Source of the DNA: Clostridia bacterium
GTDB lineage: Bacteria > Bacillota > Clostridia > Oscillospirales > CAG-272
Assembly (NCBI GenBank): GCA_017503105.1
Contig: JAFVTS010000008.1
Coordinates: forward strand, 133,453-197,452
Length of the DNA: 64,000 nt
Direction of reading: 5' to 3'
In this document: in pieces, positions 16,775 to 25,322 of the stretch
Layout: each line of letters begins with the position of its first letter
How positions within the stretch are numbered: the first letter of the stretch is position 1
Program-made: the position numbers and the translations under genes
The notes under the pieces: generated by a model
Database searches by the model: none
Told to the model about the DNA's origin: nothing
What the model saw: the letters and a program-made list of their open reading frames with translations, nothing else

Positions 16775-17518
16775 TTATACTATGGCGGTGATTATATTCG
16801 TAATTCCGCTGAGTGCCATTACTGCGTAGACGGATCTCTTTATGACCGTTTCATTTACGTGATTTCTCGTAAGCTTGCCGAGCAGCGTTCCGACTGTCAT
16901 AACCACCGCGCCTACCGCAAGACCTATTAGCACGTTCGTCGTGATAAAGCCGTTTGCCGCTTTTACGACGGTCGAGAACGTGCCGGAAAGAACGAAATAC
17001 GCAGAGATCGTCGCGAGATAATGATCGGTATCTCGCTCCGAGTGAATGTAATAAACTACGACAGGCGGTCCGCCGATGGCAAACAGTCCGCTCATAATTC
17101 CTGATATGATACCGGCAATAAGACCTGCATACCACGTGGGGCGAATTTTTATCTTTCCCGAGAAGAAGAAAAAGTAAATGCTCAAAATCACGAGCATAAA
17201 ACCGAGCAGAAGTATTAAAACGTCGTTCTTCGCAGACTTGACGAACAGGACTGCCAAATAGTTTGCCACAATACTTCCAAAGAGCGGGAAAAGCAAATTT
17301 CTAAAGCTTATAAGCTTGCGAAGCTCAAAAGCTATAAGAAGTGAGCCGAGTCCGCCGAGTATGCCTGAGAGCACGTTTGCTTCTGTAAATAAAAGAAACG
17401 TCGGCATAAATATCATCGCAACGATTCCGAAGCCGAAACCCGTTATCCCTTGCACGTAGCTTGCGCCAAGAGTCACGACGGCGATAAGCAAAAGCGTGGT
17501 TATAAATTCCGCGTCCAT
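16775..17518 (-). CDS. TauE/SafE family sulfite/anion exporter-like membrane protein
   Basis: 247 aa with 7-8 TM segments. The GITGFGFG and GGPPVVVY motifs are typical of TauE/SafE (DUF81). Confidence 0.78.
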   Translation of the reverse strand: MDAEFITTLLLIAVVTLGASYVQGITGFGFGIVAMIFMPTFLLFTEANVLSGILGGLGSLLIAFELRKLISFRNLLFPLFGSIVANYLAVLFVKSAKNDVLILLLGFMLVILSIYFFFFSGKIKIRPTWYAGLIAGIISGIMSGLFAIGGPPVVVYYIHSERDTDHYLATISAYFVLSGTFSTVVKAANGFITTNVLIGLAVGAVVMTVGTLLGKLTRNHVNETVIKRSVYAVMALSGITNIITAIV

Positions 17519-17588
17519 AAAAGAAGCTCCAAAAATTAGTATTACTTATATTTTAGCACAAGCAAAAGTATATTGCAATATTATTTAA

Positions 17589-17614
17589 GAAAAAAGCACC
17601 GCTTTTGCGGTGCT
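17589..17614 (-). terminator. Terminator copy L (after the tRNA-like element)
   Basis: Minus strand AGCACCGC-AAAA-GCGGTGCT followed by T6. Near-identical to copy R. Confidence 0.7.
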
Positions 17615-17621
17615 TAGCTTG

Positions 17622-17735
17622 TGGCGGAGAGAAAGGGATTGCGACTCTCGCGCGAACTGCGCGCTCGGTCATTCGCGGCTCTGACAGCCGTTTAGGCTGT
17701 CATTCACTACCGCTCCTACTTCGAATCCCTTTCTC
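17622..17735 (-). other. tRNA-like element built from the tRNA-Ser 3' end (possible pseudo-tRNA, att-site remnant or ncRNA)
   Basis: 17622-17640 repeats the last 19 nt of tRNA-Ser (..AATCCCTTTCTCTCCGCCA). 17719-17735 is an inverted copy of the same T-arm/acceptor segment. The two form a 12-bp helix, GAGAAAGGGATT/AATCCCTTTCTC, around an 83-nt core. The core holds hairpins TGACAGCC/GGCTGTCA and CGCGC/GCGCG. There is no 7-nt anticodon loop or D arm. Confidence 0.45.
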
Positions 17736-17743
17736 TTTTTTTG

Positions 17744-17770
17744 TAAAAAAAGCACCGCTATTGCGGTGCT
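17744..17770 (-). terminator. Terminator copy R (after tRNA-Ser)
   Basis: Minus strand AGCACCGC-AATA-GCGGTGCT followed by T7. Confidence 0.75.
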
Positions 17771-17777
17771 TAACTCG

Positions 17778-17868
17778 TGGCGGAGAGAAAGGGATTCGAA
17801 CCCTTGATACCGGTTAGGGTATACACGATTTCCAGTCGTGCGCCTTAGACCAACTCGGCCATCTCTCC
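17778..17868 (-). tRNA. tRNA-Ser (anticodon GGA), CCA encoded
   Basis: Minus strand GGAGAGATGGCCGAGTTGGTCTAAGGCGCACGACTGGAAATCGTGTATACCCTAACCGGTATCAAGGGTTCGAATCCCTTTCTCTCCGCCA. It has a 7-bp acceptor, anticodon stem CACGA/TCGTG with loop CTGGAAA, a long variable arm, and T arm AAGGG-TTCGAAT-CCCTT. Confidence 0.95.
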
Positions 17869-17880
17869 ACGGACCTTTAT

Positions 17881-17909
17881 ATTATATCAAATAAATTTCC
17901 AAAAGTCAA
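17881..17909 (-). promoter_or_regulatory. Consensus sigma-A promoter for tRNA-Ser
   Basis: Minus strand TTGACT (17909-17904), 17 nt, TATAAT (17886-17881), about 12 nt before the tRNA 5' end. Confidence 0.6.
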
Positions 17910-18013
17910 TAGGTTTTCATAAAAAATTTATGCTTTTTTATTCCCGTTCATACGAAGGGAGAAAGCGTCTGCTCGCGGGAACGATAACAGACGCTTTCCG
18001 TATTATTTATATT

Positions 18014-20077
18014 TTACTGATCGCGCTTTGCCTCTGCGATGATCTTATCGGTCAGGTTTTGCGGAACTTCATCATATCTTATGAAGTCGAAGTCGAAGCG
18101 TCCTCTGCCCTGCGTTGCGGCACGGAGTGCTATAACGTAATCAGTCATTTCAGCAAACGGAACCTCGGCAAGAACCACCTGAGTTCCCTCCTCTGCGGGA
18201 TCAATGCCCATTACTCTGCCGCGGCGCTTATTAAGATCGCCCATAACGTCACCAACGTAGTTATCGGGGATATAAACCTTAAGCGCGCCAACAGGCTCAA
18301 GGAGCACGGGATTCGCCTGAGGAAGACCCTCACGGTAAGCGATCGCCGCTGCAAGCTTGAAGGATATTTCGTTAGAGTCAACGTCGTGATACGAGCCGTC
18401 GTAGAGATTAGCGGCGAGGTTTACAACGGGATAGCCCGCAAGAACGCCCTTTTGCATACATTCACGGAGTCCTGCTTCGACTGCGGGGAAATAGTTCTTC
18501 GGAACCGCTCCGCCAAAGACGCTCTCGGTAAACGTGAGCCCCTCTTCCGTACCGGGGGAGAACGTGATCTTTACGTGACCGTACTGACCCGAGCCGCCTG
18601 ACTGCTTCTTGTGCTTTCCTTCCACGTCGACCTTTTTCTTAATGGTTTCTCTGTAAGCGAGTCTCGGCTTTGCAAGCTCAACGTTCGCGCCAAATCTGTT
18701 CTTGAGCTTCGAAACGACTATATCAAGGTGGATGTCACCAAGACCCGAAACGGTAAGCTGCTTGGTCTCGGAATTATTTTCATATTTAACGGTAAGGTCT
18801 TCCTCAAGGATCCTCGCCATACCCGAGGAAATTCTGTCCTCATCGCCCTTTGCCTTGGGAGCGATCGCCATAGTGTAATAAGGACGGGGATATTTTACGG
18901 GAGCGTACTTAACGTCGCCCTGCGCCGTGGTAAGGGTGTCGTTGGTGTTAGTGTTGACGAGCTTGGCAACGACTCCGATGTCACCGCAGGAAAGCGCGTC
19001 AACGTCGATCTGCTTTTTGCCGCGAAGAATGAATATCTTTCCGAGCTTTTCACTCTGACCCGTCGTTGTATTACGAAGCGTCATATCCTTCTTCACTTCA
19101 CCGTTCATAACCTTGAAGAACGACATCTTTCCAACGAAGGGATCGGCAACGGTCTTGAATACGAGAACGGACGCGTCGGAAGCCTCGGGATCAACGGCAA
19201 CCTCAGTACCGTCGGCAAGATGCTCCACCTTGCGGGCGGTAGGTCTCGGGAAGGACTCCGCGATAGTATCAAGGAAGGTCTTGATACCCCAATTCTTAAT
19301 AGCGGCACCGCAGAAGACGGGAACGATGTCACCCGTTATGATTCCCTGGTGGATAGCCTCAAGCGCTTCCTCACGGGAGATGGGCTCTTCGTTAAAGAAC
19401 TTATCCATAAGCTCGTCGCTCGTCTGAGCGATAGCTTCAAGAAGAATATTGTGATATTCCGCGCAAACGTCGGCAAATTTCTCGGGAATAGCGCTTCTGA
19501 TATATTCGCCCGTCGCCTTTTCAAACGTGTAAACGCACATTTCGACAAGGTTGCCGAAGCCGATAACGGTATCGCCGTCTATGATAGGAATCTGTATCGG
19601 GCAGACCGTAAGTCCGTACTTTTCTCTGATAGCACCGAATACCTTATAAAATCTCGCCTCTCCGTCGTCGAAGCGGTTAATAAAGAACGCTTTTGGGATA
19701 CCTGCTTCGGCAGCCATATTCCAAGCAAGCTCCGTGCCAACCTCTATACCCGCTTTTCCGTCTACCACTATAATAGCGGCATCAGCAGCTCTTACGCACT
19801 GACGAGCCTCAGCCTCAAAGTCAAAGAAGCCCGGTGTGTCAAGTATATTTATTTTGGTTCCGTTCCAAAGCATAGGCGCCATAGCGGCACTTACGGAATA
19901 TCCGCGCTTTATCTCCTCGGGGTCATAGTCACACACGGTATTTCCGTCAGCCACGTTTCCAAGACGGTCGGTGAGTCTTGATATGTAGAGCATTGACTCT
20001 GCAAGCGAAGTTTTTCCGCCGCCTGAGTGACCGAGGAGCGCTACGTTCCTTATTGCTTTTGTGTAAACCTGTTCCAT
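18014..20077 (-). CDS. Elongation factor G family GTPase (EF-G paralog)
   Basis: ORF 18014..20128. The ATG at 20077 follows AAGGAGAA (MEQVYTKAIRNVALLGHSGGGKTSLAE). G-domain motifs GHSGGGKT, DTPG and NRFD, plus EF-G domains II-V. The non-canonical G1 (not AHIDAGKT) suggests a second EF-G-like paralog. Confidence 0.85.
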   Translation of the reverse strand: MEQVYTKAIRNVALLGHSGGGKTSLAESMLYISRLTDRLGNVADGNTVCDYDPEEIKRGYSVSAAMAPMLWNGTKINILDTPGFFDFEAEARQCVRAADAAIIVVDGKAGIEVGTELAWNMAAEAGIPKAFFINRFDDGEARFYKVFGAIREKYGLTVCPIQIPIIDGDTVIGFGNLVEMCVYTFEKATGEYIRSAIPEKFADVCAEYHNILLEAIAQTSDELMDKFFNEEPISREEALEAIHQGIITGDIVPVFCGAAIKNWGIKTFLDTIAESFPRPTARKVEHLADGTEVAVDPEASDASVLVFKTVADPFVGKMSFFKVMNGEVKKDMTLRNTTTGQSEKLGKIFILRGKKQIDVDALSCGDIGVVAKLVNTNTNDTLTTAQGDVKYAPVKYPRPYYTMAIAPKAKGDEDRISSGMARILEEDLTVKYENNSETKQLTVSGLGDIHLDIVVSKLKNRFGANVELAKPRLAYRETIKKKVDVEGKHKKQSGGSGQYGHVKITFSPGTEEGLTFTESVFGGAVPKNYFPAVEAGLRECMQKGVLAGYPVVNLAANLYDGSYHDVDSNEISFKLAAAIAYREGLPQANPVLLEPVGALKVYIPDNYVGDVMGDLNKRRGRVMGIDPAEEGTQVVLAEVPFAEMTDYVIALRAATQGRGRFDFDFIRYDEVPQNLTDKIIAEAKRDQ

Positions 20078-20256
20078 GTGTTTTGTTCTCCTTGTGATGA
20101 ATTTTCTGCAAATGCGGAATACGCACAAACATTATACTTAAATTATACACTATATTTTTTCCGATTTCAAGTAATTTTCTTGAAGAATTTCAACACCGAG
20201 TGTAGAAAAAAAGAGCCCCGTTTTATGCACATTGTACAAAACAGGCTCTTTTCTTT

Positions 20257-21639
20257 TTATTCAGCGGCTCTCGTTTTCATATGAACGAGGACCTCGTAAA
20301 TATTTCCTACACCGCAAAGCTCGACTCCCTTTGGCACGGACAAGTGCTTCGCGAGGTTCTTCTTCGGGATAATAATTTTAGTAAAACCGAGACGTACCGC
20401 TTCTTTTACGCGGTAATCTATATGTGACACCGCGCGAACCTCACCCGAAAGACCGATCTCTCCGAAGGCTATAATATCATCGGAGATTATCCTGTCCGTG
20501 ATTCCGCTGATGAGCGCCATAGCTATGGAAAGGTCAGCGCTCGGCTCGTCAAGATGAAGACCGCCCGCGACGTTCAGGTATATGTCGTTTTCATAAAACT
20601 TGAGTCCCATACGCTTCTCAAGCACCGCGATCAAAAGACACATTCTGTTGTAGTCAAAGCCGTCCGAGGTCCTTTTCGCCGTCGGGTAAACGCTTTTCGC
20701 CACGAGCGACTGTATTTCCGTTATTATCGGTCTCGTGCCCTGGATAACGCACCCCGCGCACGAGCCGCTGGTGTTTTTCGGGCGCTCAGCCATAACGACC
20801 TCACTCGGATTAGGTATCTCGATAAGCCCCGCATCGCCCATTTCGAACACGCCTATCTCGTTGGTCGAGCCGTAACGGTTCTTTATCGCGCGTATTATTC
20901 GGTAAGAATTTGTGCGCTCGCCTTCGAAATAAAGCACCGCGTCAACCATATGCTCAAGGAACTTCGGACCCGAAATTCCGCCTTCTTTATTGACGTGACC
21001 CACGAGAAATACGGCAGCCCCGTTCGTTTTCGCGTAATTTATGAAGGTCATAGCTCCCTCGCGCACCTGCGTTATGCTTCCGGGTGCCGATGAAAATTTG
21101 TAGCTGCAAAGCGTTTGGACCGAGTCGATAATAATAACGTCGGGCTTAATCCTCTCGCACTCGGAAAGTATAGACTCCGTGTCCGTTTCCGTCTGAAGAT
21201 ATAAAGACTCGCCTTTTATCCTGAGTCTTTCGGCACGCAGCTTGAGCTGTCCCTTCGATTCCTCACCCGAAACGTAGAGGACCCGTCTCGTTTTAGCAAG
21301 CTCGGATGAGATCTGAAGAAGAAGCGTTGATTTTCCGATCCCCGGCTCGCCCGAAAGAAGAACCGCAGATCTGTCAACGAGTCCGCCACCGAGCACTCGG
21401 TCAAGCTCATCCATTCCCGTCTTGGTCCTCATAAAATTCGGAAGTTCAAGCTCGGATAACAGCTCAGCCTTGCTGTATTCAGTCACTCTGCTCTGTTTTA
21501 TCCCTTGTTTTTCGTTTTTTTCTTCAACTATCTCTTCGTCAAAGCTATCCCACGCCTGACAGTCGGGGCATTTTCCGAGCCATTTCGGACTCGTGCTCCC
21601 GCATTCTCTGCAAACGAATATTTTCTTAGGTCCCTTCAT
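20257..21639 (-). CDS. radA: DNA repair protein RadA/Sms
   Basis: 460 aa. N-terminal zinc ribbon CRECGSTSPKWLGKCPDC, Walker A GEPGIGKST, KNRYG motif and a Lon-like C-terminal domain. Confidence 0.93.
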   Translation of the reverse strand: MKGPKKIFVCRECGSTSPKWLGKCPDCQAWDSFDEEIVEEKNEKQGIKQSRVTEYSKAELLSELELPNFMRTKTGMDELDRVLGGGLVDRSAVLLSGEPGIGKSTLLLQISSELAKTRRVLYVSGEESKGQLKLRAERLRIKGESLYLQTETDTESILSECERIKPDVIIIDSVQTLCSYKFSSAPGSITQVREGAMTFINYAKTNGAAVFLVGHVNKEGGISGPKFLEHMVDAVLYFEGERTNSYRIIRAIKNRYGSTNEIGVFEMGDAGLIEIPNPSEVVMAERPKNTSGSCAGCVIQGTRPIITEIQSLVAKSVYPTAKRTSDGFDYNRMCLLIAVLEKRMGLKFYENDIYLNVAGGLHLDEPSADLSIAMALISGITDRIISDDIIAFGEIGLSGEVRAVSHIDYRVKEAVRLGFTKIIIPKKNLAKHLSVPKGVELCGVGNIYEVLVHMKTRAAE

Positions 21640-21653
21640 TTTAAGTCTCCGTT

Positions 21654-22406
21654 TTAAATTACTTTTCCTTCATTATATTCTATAATACCACAAACTATCG
21701 CAAAACTCAACTGCTTTTGATATTCTTTTTCGCAAAGTTTTTTGCATTCGGCATCATTCGTGAGAAATCCGCACTCAACGAGCACGGAAACGGGCTCGGT
21801 GTTTTCAAGAACGTATATCCCCTCGCCTTTTTTTATCTGTCTTTTGTTATCGTTTTGCAGACGGCTTCTCACGTTTGTCTGTATCTTTCCCGCAAGCGCG
21901 GAGCTCTCGGGGCTTGACTCGGCGTAATAGACCTGCAAGCCTTGATATTTCGCCTCGGAATACGAATTCATATGAATGCTTATGAATATCGCGTCAGGAT
22001 AGGAATTGGCGATCTTACAGCGATTTTTAAGATCGGATATCTTCCGTAACCCCTTGATATTTTCCGCGGAGGTATAAAGAAGCTTATCCTCAGTCCTCGT
22101 ATACACGACCGTATAGCCGCGCGACTTCAAAGCCTCGCCGATCTCAAGGGATATCTGCATATTCAGATCCTTTTCGTAGACGCCCGTCGTGCCTATGGCA
22201 CCGCAGTCCTCACCGCCGTGACCCGCGTCTATCACGACGAGGCGCGAAGGCTCCCCCGCCCCCGCTGCCTCAATAAAGAGCTCTCGGTCGTATCTCGCCT
22301 CCACGACTGATACCGAAAAGGCAACGAGCAAGAGCGTGATGAAGAGCACCTTGACGACGCACCGCGTTCTGTAATACGCTTTTCTTCCAATAATATACCA
22401 GCGCAT
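21654..22406 (-). CDS. cwlD: N-acetylmuramoyl-L-alanine amidase, CwlD-like (germination-specific)
   Basis: 250 aa with an N-terminal TM segment. Amidase_3 motifs VIDAGHGGEDCGA, FISIHMNS and LVECGFLTN. Size and architecture match CwlD. Confidence 0.75.
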   Translation of the reverse strand: MRWYIIGRKAYYRTRCVVKVLFITLLLVAFSVSVVEARYDRELFIEAAGAGEPSRLVVIDAGHGGEDCGAIGTTGVYEKDLNMQISLEIGEALKSRGYTVVYTRTEDKLLYTSAENIKGLRKISDLKNRCKIANSYPDAIFISIHMNSYSEAKYQGLQVYYAESSPESSALAGKIQTNVRSRLQNDNKRQIKKGEGIYVLENTEPVSVLVECGFLTNDAECKKLCEKEYQKQLSFAIVCGIIEYNEGKVI

Positions 22407-22473
22407 AAAAAACCTCCACGTAATTATACCAAATCAGCGTTCGTATAACTATATGGAGGATTTAATTAAAATA

Positions 22474-23067
22474 TTACTTTCTTTTTGCGTCCATAGCACC
22501 GCCGAAGATCTTCTTTTCCTTAAATCCGAAGGAATAACCGAACTGCGTAATAGCGATGGATATCACGGGAACGAGGAAGTAGCCCAAAGATATGACAACG
22601 GCGTTGTCAACGACCGACCAACCGTTTGAGAAGGATGCCGCCGCGTGAACTATACCGTGGTAAATAGCCATAGTAAATTTCGTTAAGGTGATCATAGCCG
22701 TTCCCGCGCTGAACATCGCCTCGGAGCCCGTTTTGGATATCAGAAGGAAGACCGCGGCAAGCAACGAGAGAAGAAAATTAGGAATATTGGCAAAAAGCGA
22801 AAGAATAAGTCCCTTTAAAGGGCAAGCCGCGCATCTGCCGCTGTCACAGCTGATCCTGTCCTTGGCTCCCATATCCCACGCGGTCGTATACAAAATAAAA
22901 CCGAAGAAAAGGGTCGTAAAGACGGAGAGGGCGAGCTGAACGCCAATGGAGCTCGAAACGGAGCCGATAGCGAAAATGAGGATAAGAGAAAATACGTTTA
23001 TTCCTATTTGATCTATATAAAGCTTTACAATATCATAAGAATGCCGTTTTAAGATTGACATACTCAC
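22474..23067 (-). CDS. Integral membrane protein, unknown function
   Basis: 197 aa with 5-6 hydrophobic segments and a short CDSGRCAAC loop. I recognise no family. Confidence 0.6.
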   Translation of the reverse strand: MSMSILKRHSYDIVKLYIDQIGINVFSLILIFAIGSVSSSIGVQLALSVFTTLFFGFILYTTAWDMGAKDRISCDSGRCAACPLKGLILSLFANIPNFLLSLLAAVFLLISKTGSEAMFSAGTAMITLTKFTMAIYHGIVHAAASFSNGWSVVDNAVVISLGYFLVPVISIAITQFGYSFGFKEKKIFGGAMDAKRK

Positions 23068-23219
23068 CTCTTAAACATATTTTTTCTTTATTGTAACATA
23101 TAAATATTAAAAAACAAGCACAAATACAAATTGTTTACATTTTATCCACTAAAATTATAATAAATTTTGTATAATAGAAGTATGAAGATCCACTACTCTT
23201 GGTAAGGAGGTATGAATAT

Positions 23220-24260
23220 TTGTCTGTTTTAACGTTTAAAAGCGCGGAATTTAAAACCTTCCCCTCCGTCTTGCGCGACTACGCGTCCTATATGTCGGCG
23301 ATAAGAGGCATAGCTGAAAAAACGGTTTGTGAATACCTGCTTGACCTTCGTACGTTCTTCAGATTCACTAAAATGCAAAAAAGCGGCGAGGTGATGGATA
23401 ACGCCGACTTTGAAAAGATATCGATCTCGGACGTCACTATCGACGACGTGCGCGAGGTCACACCGCAGCTTATCATAGACTTTCTGATGTTTGCGGGATT
23501 TCAGCGTGAAAACAACCCGACGACGCGAATGCGCAAGCTGAGCTCTATTCGTTCATTTTTTAAATATATGTATGCAAAGCGGCACTATATAGACTCCAAT
23601 CCCGCGCAGGACATAGACGCACCGAAGAAAAAAAGTGCTCTTCCGAAATTTCTGACGCTCGAAGAGGCAGTTAAGCTCCTTGAAACGGTAAAGAACGACA
23701 GCTATTCAAAGACCGCCGTTCGCGATTACGCCATAATTACCCTCTTCCTTAATACGGGAATGCGTCTTTCCGAGCTCGTAGGTCTTAATCTTGAAAGCTT
23801 TGATTCCAATCTCACGATGGTAAAGGTGCTCGGTAAAGGCAATAAGGAGCGGATAATATATCTGAATAAGGCCGCAAAGGACGCACTCGTAGCGCATTTG
23901 CGCCAAAGACTCGATCCGAAGTACGTGAGGACGGGCATAAACGCGGTATTCCTCTCAAGGAGAGAACAAAGGATCTCGGAAAAGACCGTTCAATGGATGG
24001 TATACAAGTATCTGGATCTCGCAGGACTCGGGGCAAAAAAGCTGTCCGTTCATAAGTTGCGTCATACAGCCGCCACGCTTATGTATCAATCGGGAAAGGT
24101 CGATATACGCGTTTTGAAGGATATTCTCGGCCACGAGCAATTGAACACCACCCAGATCTACACCCACATCGTAAACAGAAACATCGAGGAGGCAGTGGAA
24201 CAAAATCCGCTTGCTGACGTTAAGATAAAAAAGGCAGATGCTTTTTCTGCCGAAGATTAA
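23220..24260 (+). CDS. Tyrosine recombinase XerC/XerD family
   Basis: ORF 23199..24260. A TTG at 23220 lies 9 nt after AAGGAGG. C-terminal catalytic residues are present: R (NTGMRLSE), HKLRHTAAT, LGHEQLNTTQIYTH. Confidence 0.85.
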   Translation: MSVLTFKSAEFKTFPSVLRDYASYMSAIRGIAEKTVCEYLLDLRTFFRFTKMQKSGEVMDNADFEKISISDVTIDDVREVTPQLIIDFLMFAGFQRENNPTTRMRKLSSIRSFFKYMYAKRHYIDSNPAQDIDAPKKKSALPKFLTLEEAVKLLETVKNDSYSKTAVRDYAIITLFLNTGMRLSELVGLNLESFDSNLTMVKVLGKGNKERIIYLNKAAKDALVAHLRQRLDPKYVRTGINAVFLSRREQRISEKTVQWMVYKYLDLAGLGAKKLSVHKLRHTAATLMYQSGKVDIRVLKDILGHEQLNTTQIYTHIVNRNIEEAVEQNPLADVKIKKADAFSAED

Positions 24261-24287
24261 ATCTCGTTTTTTGGAGTTTTTATCAAA

Positions 24288-25130
24288 ATGACTTTAGGTG
24301 AAAAAATCAAACAAGAAAGAAAAAAACGCAAGCTTACCCAAGCTGAACTTGCGGGATCGCGTATAACCAGAAATATGATAAGTCTTATTGAAAAGGATTC
24401 CGCAAATCCGTCGTTTGAAACGCTGAAATATATCGCCGAGCGCTTGGGATTGCCGCTTTCATATCTCATATCAGACGGCGACGACGCCTTTTACTTCGCA
24501 AAGAAAGAAGCCTTTGAAGGCATTAAAGCCGCTTACGTCGCAAGGAATTTCCCCGTCGTTGTATCAAGAATAGAAAAGCTTGAAAAGACCGACGACGAGC
24601 TTGCTTTTCTTCTTGCGGACGCTCACCTGCAAATAGGCAAGCGTGCGCTTGCGGGCGGCTCGCTGTTTACCGCAAATAAGCATCTTGCCAAATCACTGTC
24701 GTTTTGCGAGAAGACCTGCTACGACACGAAACGGATAGAGGCGCTTGCAAATATGTATATAGCGGTTTCCAAAAACATACAGTCCCCCCTGCTTGAGCTT
24801 GATACGGATTCATTCAACCGCACGGTGCAAGACGATTTTGATATTGAATTCTACAAATATCTTACTTTAGATTTTGATTACGCTTTCACCAATCCCATTT
24901 TTATCAAGCACCTCGAAGCAAAGAAGCTTATGAAGGATAAGGATTTTGAAAGCGCCGCGCGCATACTTTCCGAGATCGACCTTTCCTCTCGTAAGGACGA
25001 ATACAATTCTTACGCGGTCTTTGGCATCTACGGTGATCTTGAGCTTTGCTACAAGCAGCTTTGCGATTTTGAAAAAGCATATAAATATTCAAGCAAGCGA
25101 TTTTCCCTGCTTGAAGGATTTAAAACTTAA
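24288..25130 (+). CDS. XRE-family HTH regulator with TPR-like C-terminal domain (RRNPP-like architecture)
   Basis: 280 aa. N-terminal LGEKIKQERKKRKLTQAELAGSRITRNMISLIEKDSANPSFETLKYIAERLG is an XRE HTH. The remaining roughly 210 aa are helical-repeat-like. Confidence 0.8.
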   Translation: MTLGEKIKQERKKRKLTQAELAGSRITRNMISLIEKDSANPSFETLKYIAERLGLPLSYLISDGDDAFYFAKKEAFEGIKAAYVARNFPVVVSRIEKLEKTDDELAFLLADAHLQIGKRALAGGSLFTANKHLAKSLSFCEKTCYDTKRIEALANMYIAVSKNIQSPLLELDTDSFNRTVQDDFDIEFYKYLTLDFDYAFTNPIFIKHLEAKKLMKDKDFESAARILSEIDLSSRKDEYNSYAVFGIYGDLELCYKQLCDFEKAYKYSSKRFSLLEGFKT

Positions 25131-25139
25131 TACCAGGGA

Positions 25140-25180
25140 AGCACGGCGTTTTTGACTTTAATGCCGTGCTTTTTGTTTTT
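25140..25180 (+). terminator. Terminator after the XRE-TPR gene
   Basis: AGCACGGC (25140-25147) pairs with GCCGTGCT (25163-25170), then TTTTTGTTTTTT. Confidence 0.65.
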
Positions 25181-25214
25181 TATGAGAATATTTTAACTTT
25201 TTTGTCAAATTTGC

Positions 25215-25243
25215 TTGACTTATTTTCGATTTGGTGGTATAGT
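25215..25243 (+). promoter_or_regulatory. Sigma-A promoter (extended -10) of the decarboxylase operon
   Basis: TTGACT (25215-25220), 17 nt ending in TGg, TATAGT (25238-25243). Confidence 0.55.
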
Positions 25244-25322
25244 ATAGTAGGTGAAATTTGGGCTATTTTCAAAAAATCTCCCGAATTGAGCCAAAACAAG
25301 TTATTTTTAAGGAAGGAGAGAT

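Noticed and set aside
17622-17735. Possibility that the tRNA-like element is tRNA-Sec, a second tRNA-Ser or part of tmRNA
   Set aside because: There is no 5' acceptor strand complementary to TCTCTCC, no D arm, and no 7-nt anticodon loop (the only central loop is 5 nt, TAAAC, with no UCA). There is also no tmRNA tag reading frame or pseudoknots. It is kept only as a tRNA-derived element.
17605-17817. 70-aa ORF across the tRNA region
   Set aside because: It is composed of the terminator hairpins and the tRNA-Ser/tRNA-like sequence, and is not coding.
18611-19981. Long antisense ORFs over EF-G (456 aa), and likewise at 47969..49258, 51545..52729, 54146..55111, 55927..56961, 5433..6347 and 26070..27026
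   Set aside because: Each lies fully inside a gene with strong family motifs on the other strand, lacks an RBS, and has an Arg/Leu/Ser-rich composition typical of shadow frames. They are not independent genes.
23220-24260. Tyrosine recombinase as a marker of an integrated mobile element
   Set aside because: There are no flanking phage, ICE or transposon genes and no att-like repeats next to it. The neighbours are core genes (cwlD, radA, the decarboxylase operon). It is most simply the housekeeping XerC/XerD-type recombinase.
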